Shown here one piece after another: positions 31,175 to 40,540 of a stretch of DNA of 64,000 bases (position 1 is the first letter of the stretch; every line of letters begins with the position of its first letter). Under the pieces are notes generated by a model. It saw only the letters and a program-made list of their open reading frames with translations, did no database searches and was not told the DNA's origin. A program made the position numbers and the translations under genes. This stretch comes from Candidatus Bathyarchaeota archaeon (GTDB lineage: Archaea; Thermoproteota; Bathyarchaeia; Bathyarchaeales; Bathycorpusculaceae): the NCBI GenBank assembly GCA_963780185.1, contig CAWABA010000006.1:672001-736000 (forward strand), read 5' to 3'.

Positions 31175-32257
31175 ATGGATAAACCCAAACCCCGCCTTTC
31201 ATGGCTCAGTAAATTCCTGACACTTTGGATATTTGTTGCAATGCTAGCAGGAGTCCTCATCGGCTACGCTTACCCGCAAACCGCCACAACCATAGGCTCA
31301 CTGAGCATCGGAACAACCTCAATTCCAATCGCGGTCGGACTCATCTGGATGATGTACCCGCCGCTGGCAAGAGTCCGATACGAAGACCTAAAAAAAGTAG
31401 TCACGGCAAAAGGATCAAAAACCATGTTTGCCGAATCAATTTCACTGAACTGGGTAATTGGTCCTCTGCTAATGTTTGTTTTAGCTTGGGTGTTTCTTGG
31501 GAATTACCCTGCACTTAGAAACGGCATAATCCTCATCGGCTTGGCACGTTGCATCGCGATGGTCATCGTTTGGAGTAACCTAGCTGAAGCCGACAATGAG
31601 TGGACAGCCATACTTGTTGCGGTAAACTCGGTTTTTCAAATCGTTATGTACTCCGTTCTCGCCTTCTTTTACATAACTATTGCGAGTTCTTGGATTTCGG
31701 GAACAGGCCAAGTCGTGAACATTTCCCTGTTGCAGGTTGCTCAATCCGTGGCTATTTACCTGGGGGTCCCGTTCTTCGCGGGTGTCATAACACGCTTCTA
31801 CTTCTTAAAAACCAAGGGAAAAGACTGGTACGAAAACCTGATACGAAAACTTGGGCACACCTCATTGATTGCTTTGCTGTTCACCATAGTTGTTATGTTT
31901 TCGCTTAAGGGTCAATTCATCGTGAGTTTGCCGTTAGATGTTGTCAGGGTCGCCATTCCGCTCTTGGTGTATTTCGTTGCGATGTTTTCCGTAGCTTTCA
32001 CGTTAGGGTACTTCTCGAAGCTGGGCTACAAAAGAACCACCTCGCTCTCCTTCACCGCTGCAAGCAACAACTTCGAGTTAGCCATCGCCGTGGCGGTAGC
32101 GGTTTTCGGTTTAGCGTCCCAAGAAGCCTTCGCAGCCGTCATCGGCCCCCTCATCGAGGTGCCAGTTATAATTAGCCTAGTGAACGTGGCTTTATGGTTA
32201 AGAAAGAAATATTACAAAGACGAAGACTCCAATAACATTAAGGTTAAGGTGCATTGA
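31175..32257 (+). CDS. acr3: Acr3-family arsenite efflux transporter
   Basis: GLIWMMYPPL, GLARCIAMV, SNNFELAIAVA, GPLIEVP. Confidence 0.95.
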   Translation: MDKPKPRLSWLSKFLTLWIFVAMLAGVLIGYAYPQTATTIGSLSIGTTSIPIAVGLIWMMYPPLARVRYEDLKKVVTAKGSKTMFAESISLNWVIGPLLMFVLAWVFLGNYPALRNGIILIGLARCIAMVIVWSNLAEADNEWTAILVAVNSVFQIVMYSVLAFFYITIASSWISGTGQVVNISLLQVAQSVAIYLGVPFFAGVITRFYFLKTKGKDWYENLIRKLGHTSLIALLFTIVVMFSLKGQFIVSLPLDVVRVAIPLLVYFVAMFSVAFTLGYFSKLGYKRTTSLSFTAASNNFELAIAVAVAVFGLASQEAFAAVIGPLIEVPVIISLVNVALWLRKKYYKDEDSNNIKVKVH

Positions 32258-32258
32258 T

Positions 32259-32708
32259 TTGGCTAAAACAAAGGTTATTTTTTTGTGTACACATAACTCG
32301 GCGAGAAGTCAGATGGCTGAGGCTTTTCTTAGAAAGTTTAGTGGAGACCACTTCGACGTGTACAGTGCTGGGTTCGATCCTAAGCCTGTGCACCCGTACG
32401 CCGTCAAAGTGATGCAAGAAATCGGCTACGACCTATCCAAACAGCAGCCTAAGGACCTTTGGCAATTAGCAAAAAATGAATACTTTGGAATTGCAATTAC
32501 TGTTTGCCGAAAAGGAGAGGAAGAAGACTGCCCGACCATCCCCGGTCCTTCAACAAGACTATATTGGAATATTGAAAACCCAAGTGCTTTTGAAGGCACA
32601 GAAGAACAAAAACTCGCTGAATTCAGGGCAATTAGAGACCAGATACAAGAGCATGTTAAGAACTTCCTTAAAGACAGGAAAATCCCTATTGCTGGAGAAG
32701 GAAACTGA
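32259..32708 (+). CDS. arsC: Arsenate reductase (LMW-PTP fold, thioredoxin-coupled)
   Basis: CTHNSARSQMAE; VC...CP redox loop. Confidence 0.9.
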   Translation: MAKTKVIFLCTHNSARSQMAEAFLRKFSGDHFDVYSAGFDPKPVHPYAVKVMQEIGYDLSKQQPKDLWQLAKNEYFGIAITVCRKGEEEDCPTIPGPSTRLYWNIENPSAFEGTEEQKLAEFRAIRDQIQEHVKNFLKDRKIPIAGEGN

Positions 32709-32713
32709 TTCCA

Positions 32714-33208
32714 ATGGCAAAAACAAAAATTCTCTTTTTATGCACTCACAATTCAGCTAGGTCACAGATGGCTGAAGGATTACTCAGGCAAATCTACGGC
32801 AAGCGATACGAGGTTTTCAGCGCAGGCACGGATCCAACCCAAGTTAATCCTTTGGCAATCAAGGCTATGGCTGAGATAGGCATAGACATTTCCCGCCAAC
32901 GCTCCAAAAGCATCGATGAGTTCACCGAGACAGACATTGATTTAACCGTGAGCGTTTGCCAAAGCAGCGCCAAAACCCTTTGTAAACTCTGCGGCCCCAC
33001 TACGTTCATGGGCAGACCAGACGTGGTTAACGCAAACCTGCATAAGACAAAGCATTACTTGGTGCATGGCTTTGATGACCCCTCTGAAGCCGAGGGAACC
33101 GAAGAGGAAAAACTCGCCGCTTTCAGGAAGATAAGAGACGAAATAAAGAAGTGGATTACTGAAGAATTCGCCGATTTAAATTTGGAAAACTTGCATCGCG
33201 GATACTAA
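32714..33208 (+). CDS. arsC: Second arsenate reductase paralogue with extended redox loop
   Basis: CTHNSARSQMAE; VCQSSAKTLCKLC; FDDP. Confidence 0.85.
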   Translation: MAKTKILFLCTHNSARSQMAEGLLRQIYGKRYEVFSAGTDPTQVNPLAIKAMAEIGIDISRQRSKSIDEFTETDIDLTVSVCQSSAKTLCKLCGPTTFMGRPDVVNANLHKTKHYLVHGFDDPSEAEGTEEEKLAAFRKIRDEIKKWITEEFADLNLENLHRGY

Positions 33209-33300
33209 GCGGCTGGAATTCCGCGTTTTGAGGAAAAACGGCTGCAAGCCAGCCATTTTGCTGGAAAGGTTTATTTTGTTGCATTCTTTATTGTTGGGAA

Positions 33301-33360
33301 CTTGCTGGCGGATAGTCATTATCCGTTGGGATGTGGTCCCTTGTGGACTGAACCGTAAGC
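33301..33360 (+). ncRNA. Candidate structured 5' leader of the rpl15e operon
   Basis: Two hairpins closed by CTTGC/GTAAG, lying between a TATA-like box (~33270) and the start codon. Confidence 0.55.
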
Positions 33361-33388
33361 ATATACTACATGGAGGAAAAAATAGAAA

Positions 33389-33982
33389 ATGGCATACAAG
33401 TACATAGCTGAAGAATGGGCAAACCGCGACGAAACCTTCGTTGAAGAACTCAACAGGCAACGCATGGTCCAATGGCGAAAACAGCCAGTAACCCTACGCA
33501 TCGAGCACCCGACAAGGCTTGACAAAGCACGCAAATTAGGCTACAAAGCCAAACAAGGCTTCGTTGTAGCACGCACAAGAGTGCGAAGAGGCGGACTCCG
33601 AAAACTACGTCCAGTCTCAGGTAGACGACCCAAACGCATGGGTGTCGCCAAATTCAAAGCAGGCAAAAGCATCAGACTCATAGCTGAAGAACGCACGGCA
33701 AAAAAGTTTCCCAACTTAGAAGTTTTGAACAGCTACTGGGTTGGCGAAGACGGAAAACACAAATGGTTCGAAGTTATCCTAGTTGACCCACACAGTCCAG
33801 TCATACTATCTGACAAAGACATCAACTGGATAGCAGAAAAGCAGCATAACGGCCGAGTCTTCAGAAGCTTAACAAGCGCAGGCAAAAGCGTCAGAGGCTT
33901 AAGGCACCGCGGCATAGGCTCAGAGAAAGCGCGACCAAGCCACCAGAGAGGCGCAAGACATAAAGACGTACAAAGGTGGTAA
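33389..33982 (+). CDS. rpl15e: 50S ribosomal protein eL15
   Basis: [41 protein letters not shown]. Confidence 0.97.
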   Translation: MAYKYIAEEWANRDETFVEELNRQRMVQWRKQPVTLRIEHPTRLDKARKLGYKAKQGFVVARTRVRRGGLRKLRPVSGRRPKRMGVAKFKAGKSIRLIAEERTAKKFPNLEVLNSYWVGEDGKHKWFEVILVDPHSPVILSDKDINWIAEKQHNGRVFRSLTSAGKSVRGLRHRGIGSEKARPSHQRGARHKDVQRW

Positions 33983-33986
33983 AAAG

Positions 33987-34259
33987 ATGCACCATATAAA
34001 AGCAACCATAATCAAACGTAACGGCAAAAAAGCCACTAGCCGAGGATTCAGCCTCAGCGAACTCAAAAAAGCCACCTTAACAAAACAAGACGCAAAAAAA
34101 ATAGGCATACCACTCGACCTCAAACGCAAATCAGCACACGACGAAAACGTTGACACCCTAAAAGCACACAGTGAAAAAGCAAAAGCCGAAGTCAAACCAA
34201 AAGAAGCCACCGTCGCTGAACCCGCTGAGAAGAAGCCGAAGAAAAAAGCTAAAAGCTAG
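33987..34259 (+). CDS. rpl13e: 50S ribosomal protein eL13
   Basis: RGFSLSELK..A.KIGIPLDLKRKSAHDENV. Confidence 0.85.
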   Translation: MHHIKATIIKRNGKKATSRGFSLSELKKATLTKQDAKKIGIPLDLKRKSAHDENVDTLKAHSEKAKAEVKPKEATVAEPAEKKPKKKAKS

Positions 34260-34285
34260 AAGACTAAAACATCAATCGGTGTCAA

Positions 34286-34732
34286 ATGTCTTCTAAACTG
34301 CCAATAGCCTACGTGGATATTCGAGTATTCGCCCACGCAACCGAAGACCCTCAAAAGGTCCAAACTGCCGTACGAAACCTAATGCCAGACGAACTGGCTC
34401 AAACCATCCTTTTTGAATCATCCAATGTAACGGGGCACCATGGAAACCCCATCACAGTTGTAACCGCGCAATTAACAGACAAAAAGTTGCTTCCCAAGAT
34501 GCTGGAAAAAATCGGCGCCGGCTTAAACAGCCTCGACAAGGAACAGCTATGCACCAACCTGAAAATGCATCTGGAAAAAGGCAATCTGTACCTGCGCTTC
34601 GACAAGCAAGCCGCGTTTTTGGGGCAGCTTAGATTTACGCAAAACGATCCGATCCATGTTAAGATCCACTTCAAGAACAGAACGTCCGAGCAAATAGCCG
34701 AGCTAATGAAGTCTTCGGGGATGCTGCCGTGA
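34286..34732 (+). CDS. Predicted RNA-binding protein (DUF54 family)
   Basis: HATEDPQKV, GHHGNPI, LRFDKQAAFLG; typical rpl15e-RNase P context. Confidence 0.85.
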   Translation: MSSKLPIAYVDIRVFAHATEDPQKVQTAVRNLMPDELAQTILFESSNVTGHHGNPITVVTAQLTDKKLLPKMLEKIGAGLNSLDKEQLCTNLKMHLEKGNLYLRFDKQAAFLGQLRFTQNDPIHVKIHFKNRTSEQIAELMKSSGMLP

Positions 34733-35460
34733 CACGGCCCTTTGCTGACCTGCATTTACGCATCAACATAAAAGACACACAGGGGACCCAACGGCTAATC
34801 AGCAAAGCCTCACGCCTCGGGTACAAACAACTGGCTTTCCCGTTCACGTCACAGCCAAACGGAAATGAACTTGCCAGCCTCAAAGCCATGTGCCACGACG
34901 CAAACGTTGATTTTGTTTTGCGCGCTGATTTTTACCCGCGCTCCGAAATGGATTTGACGCGTTTTCTGCGCAAGTTCAGGCGCCAATTCGAAGTTATCTG
35001 CATATCATGCGACAACAAAGAAGTCGCCAGGCAAGCCGCCAAAGACAGACGCGTTGACCTATTGAACTTTAGCAGCCTTGACTATCGTAAACGGTTTTTT
35101 GACCGTGCCGAAGCCGAGTTGGCAAGCGGTTGCTTAGCCGCCTTGGAGGTGGATGTTAGGCCGCTTCTGGTTTTGGAGGGTCCGCCACGGGTTAGGCTGC
35201 TTATGAGCCTTCGACGTGAAGTCGCTGTGGCTCGGGAATTCCATATACCCGTCATTGTTTCCAGCGGCGCAGCTGAGGCGAGGCTTATGCGGACGCCCAA
35301 AGACATGGCTAGTCTTGCGTTTCTTTTCGGGTTAGACGAGGCAGCAGCCCTTGACGCCGTTTCAACTAATCCAGCGGCGATTGTTGAGCGGAACCGTGAA
35401 AAACTCAGCAGCCGCTTCGTTGCCCCAGGCATCACCGTGGTTAAGGAGGACAAGGCTTGA
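34729..35460 (+). CDS. rnp3: RNase P protein Rpp30
   Basis: PHP-like DLH, RQAAKDRRVDLL, VSSGA...RTPKD. Confidence 0.85.
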   Translation: MTRPFADLHLRINIKDTQGTQRLISKASRLGYKQLAFPFTSQPNGNELASLKAMCHDANVDFVLRADFYPRSEMDLTRFLRKFRRQFEVICISCDNKEVARQAAKDRRVDLLNFSSLDYRKRFFDRAEAELASGCLAALEVDVRPLLVLEGPPRVRLLMSLRREVAVAREFHIPVIVSSGAAEARLMRTPKDMASLAFLFGLDEAAALDAVSTNPAAIVERNREKLSSRFVAPGITVVKEDKA

Positions 35461-35771
35461 AGCGGGTTAAACGGCGCTACTTAGCCCTGCAAATAGACTG
35501 CGAAGTGATGCCAGGTGAACGCGAATTCATCGACGCTGTCTGGGGTTCTGTTACGCGGCTGTACGGGGAGGTTGGCGCAAGCATGACGGGGTTGGCGTTG
35601 ATTGGCTTCGATGTTGAGAGGAAGATTGCTGTGGTCAGGGTTTCGCTGGTGACGTTGCCTATGGCGAGGGCTTCTTTGGCAGCCATCACAAGTCTGGTGG
35701 GCAGGGAAGCGTCGGTGCATGTTTTGGCTGTTTCAGGCACGATAAAAGCGCTATACTCGAACGTAAAATAG
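35457..35771 (+). CDS. rnp2: RNase P protein Pop5/Rpp14
   Basis: KRRYLA, LYGEVG, VSGTIKAL. Confidence 0.9.
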   Translation: MKRVKRRYLALQIDCEVMPGEREFIDAVWGSVTRLYGEVGASMTGLALIGFDVERKIAVVRVSLVTLPMARASLAAITSLVGREASVHVLAVSGTIKALYSNVK

Positions 35772-35958
35772 CTTTTGACATTTTTTTGTGTAAAGTTTTG
35801 CTTTACTTAAGACAAGACACTCCGCTTATATGTCACGTATTTCCTTGAACAAATATGCAAAATAGTTCCAGAAATGTTTATCAACCGCATGTAAACGTAT
35901 ATTTGTCGTTACACAACTCTTGTGGGAGAAGGGTAAACAAGACAGAGTAGTGAAAAAC

Positions 35959-37182
35959 ATGGACTTACAAGACTATTATTTCAAGATGCTCCTAAAAACG
36001 GAGCCCATAATAGATGACACTACGCTCCGAGACGGAATCCAAATGCCAGGCTTAGCCGCTTCACCCAAAGACGCCGCAAAAATAGCCCAATTCCTCGCCG
36101 ACGTAGGCGTCGAACGCATCGAAGTCTTCCACTATCAAGAACCCGACAAAAAAGCAGCCAAACTCATCGCAGACCTAAACCTAGACCTGCGCGTCGCAGG
36201 CTGGTGCAGAGCCGTAAAAGAAGACATTGACAGCGCGGTTGCATGCGGATTCAAAGAAGTAGGCATCTCCCACCCAGTTTCAGATTTGCATTTTAGAGCG
36301 AAATGGCCTGAAAAAACCAGAGAACAAATCTTAGCCAACATAGTCAGCGTCGTTGAGTACGCGGCTAAAACTTGCGGTCTACGCACTTTCGTCCACGGCG
36401 AAGACAGCACCAGGGCAGACTGGGAATTCGAGAGAAAACTAATCAACGCCGTCGCCGACGCAGGAGCCGAATGCTACCGAATATGCGACACAGTCGGCAT
36501 AGGATTATCAGACCCCACCGCACCCCTACCTAACGGTATTCCAGCCAAAGTAGTCGCCATCAAGAAGGAAACCCGAATGCCCGCCATAGAAATCCACGCG
36601 CACGACGACTTCGGAAACGCCGTTGAAAACACCATGGCAGCGGTGAAGGCAGCTTCAGGAGTATGGGACAAAGTCTACGTCAGCACAACCTACTTAGGCA
36701 TAGGCGAACGAGCAGGCAACGCTGAAACCGAAAAAGTACTCCTAAACCTGTACCTACATCACGGAGTCAAAAAATACGAGGGCAAAACCCAGAAACTCAA
36801 AGCGACAGCTGACTACATCGGCAAAGCAACAGGCTACGTTGTTCCCCCGAACAAGGCAATCGTTGGGGACTACGGTTTCGCGCATGAGTCAGGCATCCAC
36901 ACACACGGCGTCCTAAGTGACCCATGGACCTATGAGCCTTACCCGCCAGAACTGGTCGGCAACACGCGGCGCCTCACCATCGGGAAACAGTCGGGAAAAG
37001 GCATAATCAAACATAAGATAACCGAGCTCGCAGGATCCGAGCCCGATGACCAAACAGTAGCCACCGTGGTTGAACGTGTCAAAGAAATCTACGCCAACGG
37101 CAGACGCGCATCGCTTAAAGAGGAAGAATTCAAAAAAATCCTACGCATTCTCGCAATATTGCCCAATGGCACAACCGCCTAA
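35959..37182 (+). CDS. DRE-TIM acyltransferase (homocitrate/Re-citrate synthase-like), no LeuA regulatory domain
   Basis: DTTLRDG, EDSTRAD, HAHDDFG, GIGERAGN, HESGIH, YEPY. Confidence 0.85.
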   Translation: MDLQDYYFKMLLKTEPIIDDTTLRDGIQMPGLAASPKDAAKIAQFLADVGVERIEVFHYQEPDKKAAKLIADLNLDLRVAGWCRAVKEDIDSAVACGFKEVGISHPVSDLHFRAKWPEKTREQILANIVSVVEYAAKTCGLRTFVHGEDSTRADWEFERKLINAVADAGAECYRICDTVGIGLSDPTAPLPNGIPAKVVAIKKETRMPAIEIHAHDDFGNAVENTMAAVKAASGVWDKVYVSTTYLGIGERAGNAETEKVLLNLYLHHGVKKYEGKTQKLKATADYIGKATGYVVPPNKAIVGDYGFAHESGIHTHGVLSDPWTYEPYPPELVGNTRRLTIGKQSGKGIIKHKITELAGSEPDDQTVATVVERVKEIYANGRRASLKEEEFKKILRILAILPNGTTA

Positions 37183-37319
37183 CCAACCCTCCTTGTTTGA
37201 CTCTTCAGCCCTGTCTTCAAGCGTAATGCCAAAAAGCAATTTAGACAAACCCTGATCAACGGCCTTTCTGCAATATCCTTAATAATTAGGTCAGATGTGA
37301 CTATTTATGGTGATATTAA

Positions 37320-37559
37320 GTGGAATCTGGAGTTGAAGTAAAAAAAGTGGATGAACAAGGTCGATTCATCCTGCCCGCAGATTGGCGTGAAGCAGAACTC
37401 ACCGAAAGCAGAGAAGTCTACGTCATCAAGAGAAAAGGATACCTCAAGCTAATTCCCAAGCGCAAAGTGGATCTAACCGAATACTTTGACAAAGCTGACT
37501 TAGGCGTGGAAGCCATCGGAAGCTGGAAGCAGTTCGAAAAGAAGTTTTACGAGGCATAA
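37320..37559 (+). CDS. vapB: AbrB-type antitoxin (VapB)
   Basis: KKVDEQGRFILP; directly upstream of a PIN gene. Confidence 0.8.
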   Translation: MESGVEVKKVDEQGRFILPADWREAELTESREVYVIKRKGYLKLIPKRKVDLTEYFDKADLGVEAIGSWKQFEKKFYEA

Positions 37560-37560
37560 C

Positions 37561-37986
37561 ATGAAATTTTTAGATGCAAACATTTTCATTTACGCATATT
37601 ACAAACCCAAAAAACCGCTAAGCCAAAAAGAAATGGACATGAAAGAGCAAGCGAAGCAAATAATTGTAAACATATCGGAAGGCAAAGAAAGCGTTCTAAC
37701 GACTGTTGTTCACCTGTCTGAAGTGGTTAATATTTTGAAGCATGGTATGAGACTTGATCAAGTGACCGCCATAATCCAAGGGTTGTTTATGCTTGATAAC
37801 GTCAGAGTAATTGACGTTACTCGTGACGCCTACTTCGCAGCTAACGAATTAGGCGTTGACCTAAGGCTTGATGCTAACGACGCCTTAGCCGTTGACGTTA
37901 TGAAACTGAATAAATTGAAAGAAATATATTCATTCGATGAAGACTTCGACAAAATAGAAGGAATCAGAAGACTCCCGTTCATTTAA
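37561..37986 (+). CDS. vapC: PIN-domain toxin
   Basis: FLDANIF, DAL, YSFDEDFD. Confidence 0.9.
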   Translation: MKFLDANIFIYAYYKPKKPLSQKEMDMKEQAKQIIVNISEGKESVLTTVVHLSEVVNILKHGMRLDQVTAIIQGLFMLDNVRVIDVTRDAYFAANELGVDLRLDANDALAVDVMKLNKLKEIYSFDEDFDKIEGIRRLPFI

Positions 37987-38029
37987 ACCCAAAAAACTAG
38001 CCTTAACTTCTAAAAGAAAGGTGAAAGTG

Positions 38030-38995
38030 TTAGGCTGGCTCGCATTTTTGTATGAGCCGTGCCCAGTTTTCGTCGGTGAACTTTTGCATTGCGTCTATGA
38101 CATGTTGGTTCTGCGGTGTGAAGAGGTGTCTGAACCTGCCTTGTCCCGCAAGGTAGTCTTTGACTGGTTTCTTCTTTTGTGGTGCGAGTTGGATGAGTTT
38201 GCTTGGCGTTGAGAGTTGGCGTTTGCCGTTTACTGCTTCCCAAACTGGGAAAACGCATGTTTCAACGGAGAGTTTTGAGTACTCCATTGTTTTGCCTGGT
38301 TCTGTACGCCAACCTCTTGGGCAGGGCGCGAAAACATGCATGAATGCGGGTCCTTCAACTTCGAGGCCTTTGCGGACTTTGGTCATCATGTCTTTCCAAT
38401 AGTAAGTGGTTGCAGTTGCTACGTACGGCATGTCGTGGGCTAGCATGATTTCCGTAATTGGTTTTTTCTTTTCAAGTTTGCCAGGTATTATTTTTCCTGC
38501 GGGGGTGGTTGTGGTTGCTGCGCCTGTCGGTGTAGCGCTGCTTCTTTGTATACCCGTGTTCATGTAGCCTTCGTTGTCGTAGAGGATGAAGAGGAAATCG
38601 TGTCCACGTTCAACAGCGCCTGAAAGGGCTTGCAAGCCAATATCGCAGGTTCCGCCGTCACCTGCCAATGCAATAATGTCAATGTGCTCCTGCGTGATTT
38701 TGCCTTTCTTGCGCATGATTTTCAATGCGGCATCGATACCTGAAGCGTTCGCAGCGGCGTTCTCGAAAGCCGTGTGCAGCCAAGGCAGCGCCCAAGACGT
38801 GTACGGGTAGATTGAGCCGACGATTTCCATGCAGCCAGTTGCTTGAGTCACAATTGTGGGTCCCCGCGTGGCTTTCATTATGAGCCGCAGGGTTGATGCT
38901 GGTCCGCAGCCTGCGCACGCTCGGTGACCTGACAGGAACACGTCCGGTTTAGACGCAATATCTTTTGCTGTGAACTTCCATTCTTGTGTTGTCAA
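38030..38995 (-). CDS. porB: Pyruvate/2-oxoacid:ferredoxin oxidoreductase beta subunit
   Basis: GHRACAGC, GDG...DNEGYMNTGIQRS, APCPRGW. Confidence 0.92.
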   Translation of the reverse strand: MTTQEWKFTAKDIASKPDVFLSGHRACAGCGPASTLRLIMKATRGPTIVTQATGCMEIVGSIYPYTSWALPWLHTAFENAAANASGIDAALKIMRKKGKITQEHIDIIALAGDGGTCDIGLQALSGAVERGHDFLFILYDNEGYMNTGIQRSSATPTGAATTTTPAGKIIPGKLEKKKPITEIMLAHDMPYVATATTYYWKDMMTKVRKGLEVEGPAFMHVFAPCPRGWRTEPGKTMEYSKLSVETCVFPVWEAVNGKRQLSTPSKLIQLAPQKKKPVKDYLAGQGRFRHLFTPQNQHVIDAMQKFTDENWARLIQKCEPA

Positions 38996-39011
38996 CTTTT
39001 TTCTCCTCCAT

Positions 39012-40244
39012 CTACTCCATTAGTCCTAGGAAACGCACCGTTTCGCCGATGTTTCCTGTCTTGTTAATCTTCAACAGGTCCTCGTAGATTTTTCGTAGCT
39101 CATGTGGGTTTGTGTCTCTTCCGCCGAGCCCGAAAATGTAGTTCACAATAGTCGGGTGGGCTTCTGCATCATAGAGTGCGTTTCGAACTTCGTTAAAGAC
39201 GGCGCCGCCGAAGCCGCCGAAACTCATGCTTTTGTCCATGACAGCGACGGTTTTGACGTTTTTGAGTGCACTTCGAAGCTGTTCGAAGGGGAACGGTCGG
39301 AAAGTGCGTATCCGCAGAACGCCTGCTTTGATCCCTTCTTGCCTGAGTTGGTCAACAATCACCTTTAATGTACCGGCTGTTGAGCCGACGACGACAATCG
39401 CGATTTCAGCGTCGTCAAACCGGTAAGTGTCGACGAGCCCATCACCGTAGTTTCTGCCAGTGAGCTTAGCATATTCAGCGTTGACCTCCTGTATCTTCTT
39501 GACGGCGTTTCTCATGCCTTCTTCCTGTTGCCTCTTAAATTCAAAGTAGTAGTTCGGCGACACGTTTGGCCCCATGGTCATTGGATTCGCAGGGTCAAGC
39601 TTGTACGGCACCGTTTTCCCCTCATGAGTGAACACCATTGGCAATTGCCGTTCTCCGACAAACTGCTTAATCGGGTCGTCTCCGAGGACGGTTACGTTTT
39701 CAAGAGTGTGGCTAATCGTGAATCCATCTAAACCCACAATTACAGGCAGCGAAACCTCAGCGTCCTCAGCTATCTTGAATGCTTGAATGATGCTGTCGTA
39801 TGCTTCTTGGGCGTTTTCCACGTAAATCTGAATCCAGCCGCTGTCGCGCTCTGCCATGCTGTCAGATTGGTCGCCGTGGATGTTCAGCGGCGCGGACAAG
39901 GCGCGGTTTGCAACCGCCATCACAACTGGCGCCCTGAAACCTGAAGTCACAAAGAGCATTTCATGCATCAACGCTAACCCCGCGGATGCGCTAGCAGTGA
40001 AGGTTCGTGCTCCCGTCGCGGCTGCGGCGAGGCAAGCGGTCATGGCGCTGTGTTCTGATTCGGTGCAGATGAACTCAGTTTGGACTTCGCCGTTGGCTAC
40101 GTACTCGCTGAATTTTTCAACTATGATTGTTTGGGGCGTGATCGGGTAGGCGGCGACAACGTCGACGTCGCATTGTTTCGCTGCCAGAGCGACTGCTTCA
40201 TCGCCGTTGAGTGCAATGGTTTCCTGTTTCGGTTTTTGGGTCAT
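39012..40244 (-). CDS. porA: Pyruvate/2-oxoacid:ferredoxin oxidoreductase alpha subunit
   Basis: AYPITPQT, ESEHSA, NRALSAP, GLGGRD. Confidence 0.92.
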   Translation of the reverse strand: MTQKPKQETIALNGDEAVALAAKQCDVDVVAAYPITPQTIIVEKFSEYVANGEVQTEFICTESEHSAMTACLAAAATGARTFTASASAGLALMHEMLFVTSGFRAPVVMAVANRALSAPLNIHGDQSDSMAERDSGWIQIYVENAQEAYDSIIQAFKIAEDAEVSLPVIVGLDGFTISHTLENVTVLGDDPIKQFVGERQLPMVFTHEGKTVPYKLDPANPMTMGPNVSPNYYFEFKRQQEEGMRNAVKKIQEVNAEYAKLTGRNYGDGLVDTYRFDDAEIAIVVVGSTAGTLKVIVDQLRQEGIKAGVLRIRTFRPFPFEQLRSALKNVKTVAVMDKSMSFGGFGGAVFNEVRNALYDAEAHPTIVNYIFGLGGRDTNPHELRKIYEDLLKINKTGNIGETVRFLGLME

Positions 40245-40540
40245 TTTGATTTTCCCTCTTCTTGTTGCGGTAACTTCATTGTTATTGCTTTAGTGGGACA
40301 CTCGTTTGCGCATATTCCGCAGCCTTTGCAGAAGTTCATGTCAAACCAGATGTCGCCTTTTTCTGGAGCCCATTTGATTGCGCCTTCTGGACAAAACATC
40401 ACGCACGTTAAGCATTTAGTGCATTTTTCTACGTCTCTGACTGGGTAGTAGGTTTTCCAGTCTCCTGTAAAGAAGCCGACGCTTGACTTTGAGCAAACGC
40501 CGCCGATGGCGAGTTCTTTCCAACTTCTCTCTTTGCTCAT
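40241..40540 (-). CDS. porD: Oxidoreductase delta subunit (2x[4Fe-4S])
   Basis: TGDWK, CTKCLTCVMFCP, CKGCGICANECP. Confidence 0.92.
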   Translation of the reverse strand: MSKERSWKELAIGGVCSKSSVGFFTGDWKTYYPVRDVEKCTKCLTCVMFCPEGAIKWAPEKGDIWFDMNFCKGCGICANECPTKAITMKLPQQEEGKSK

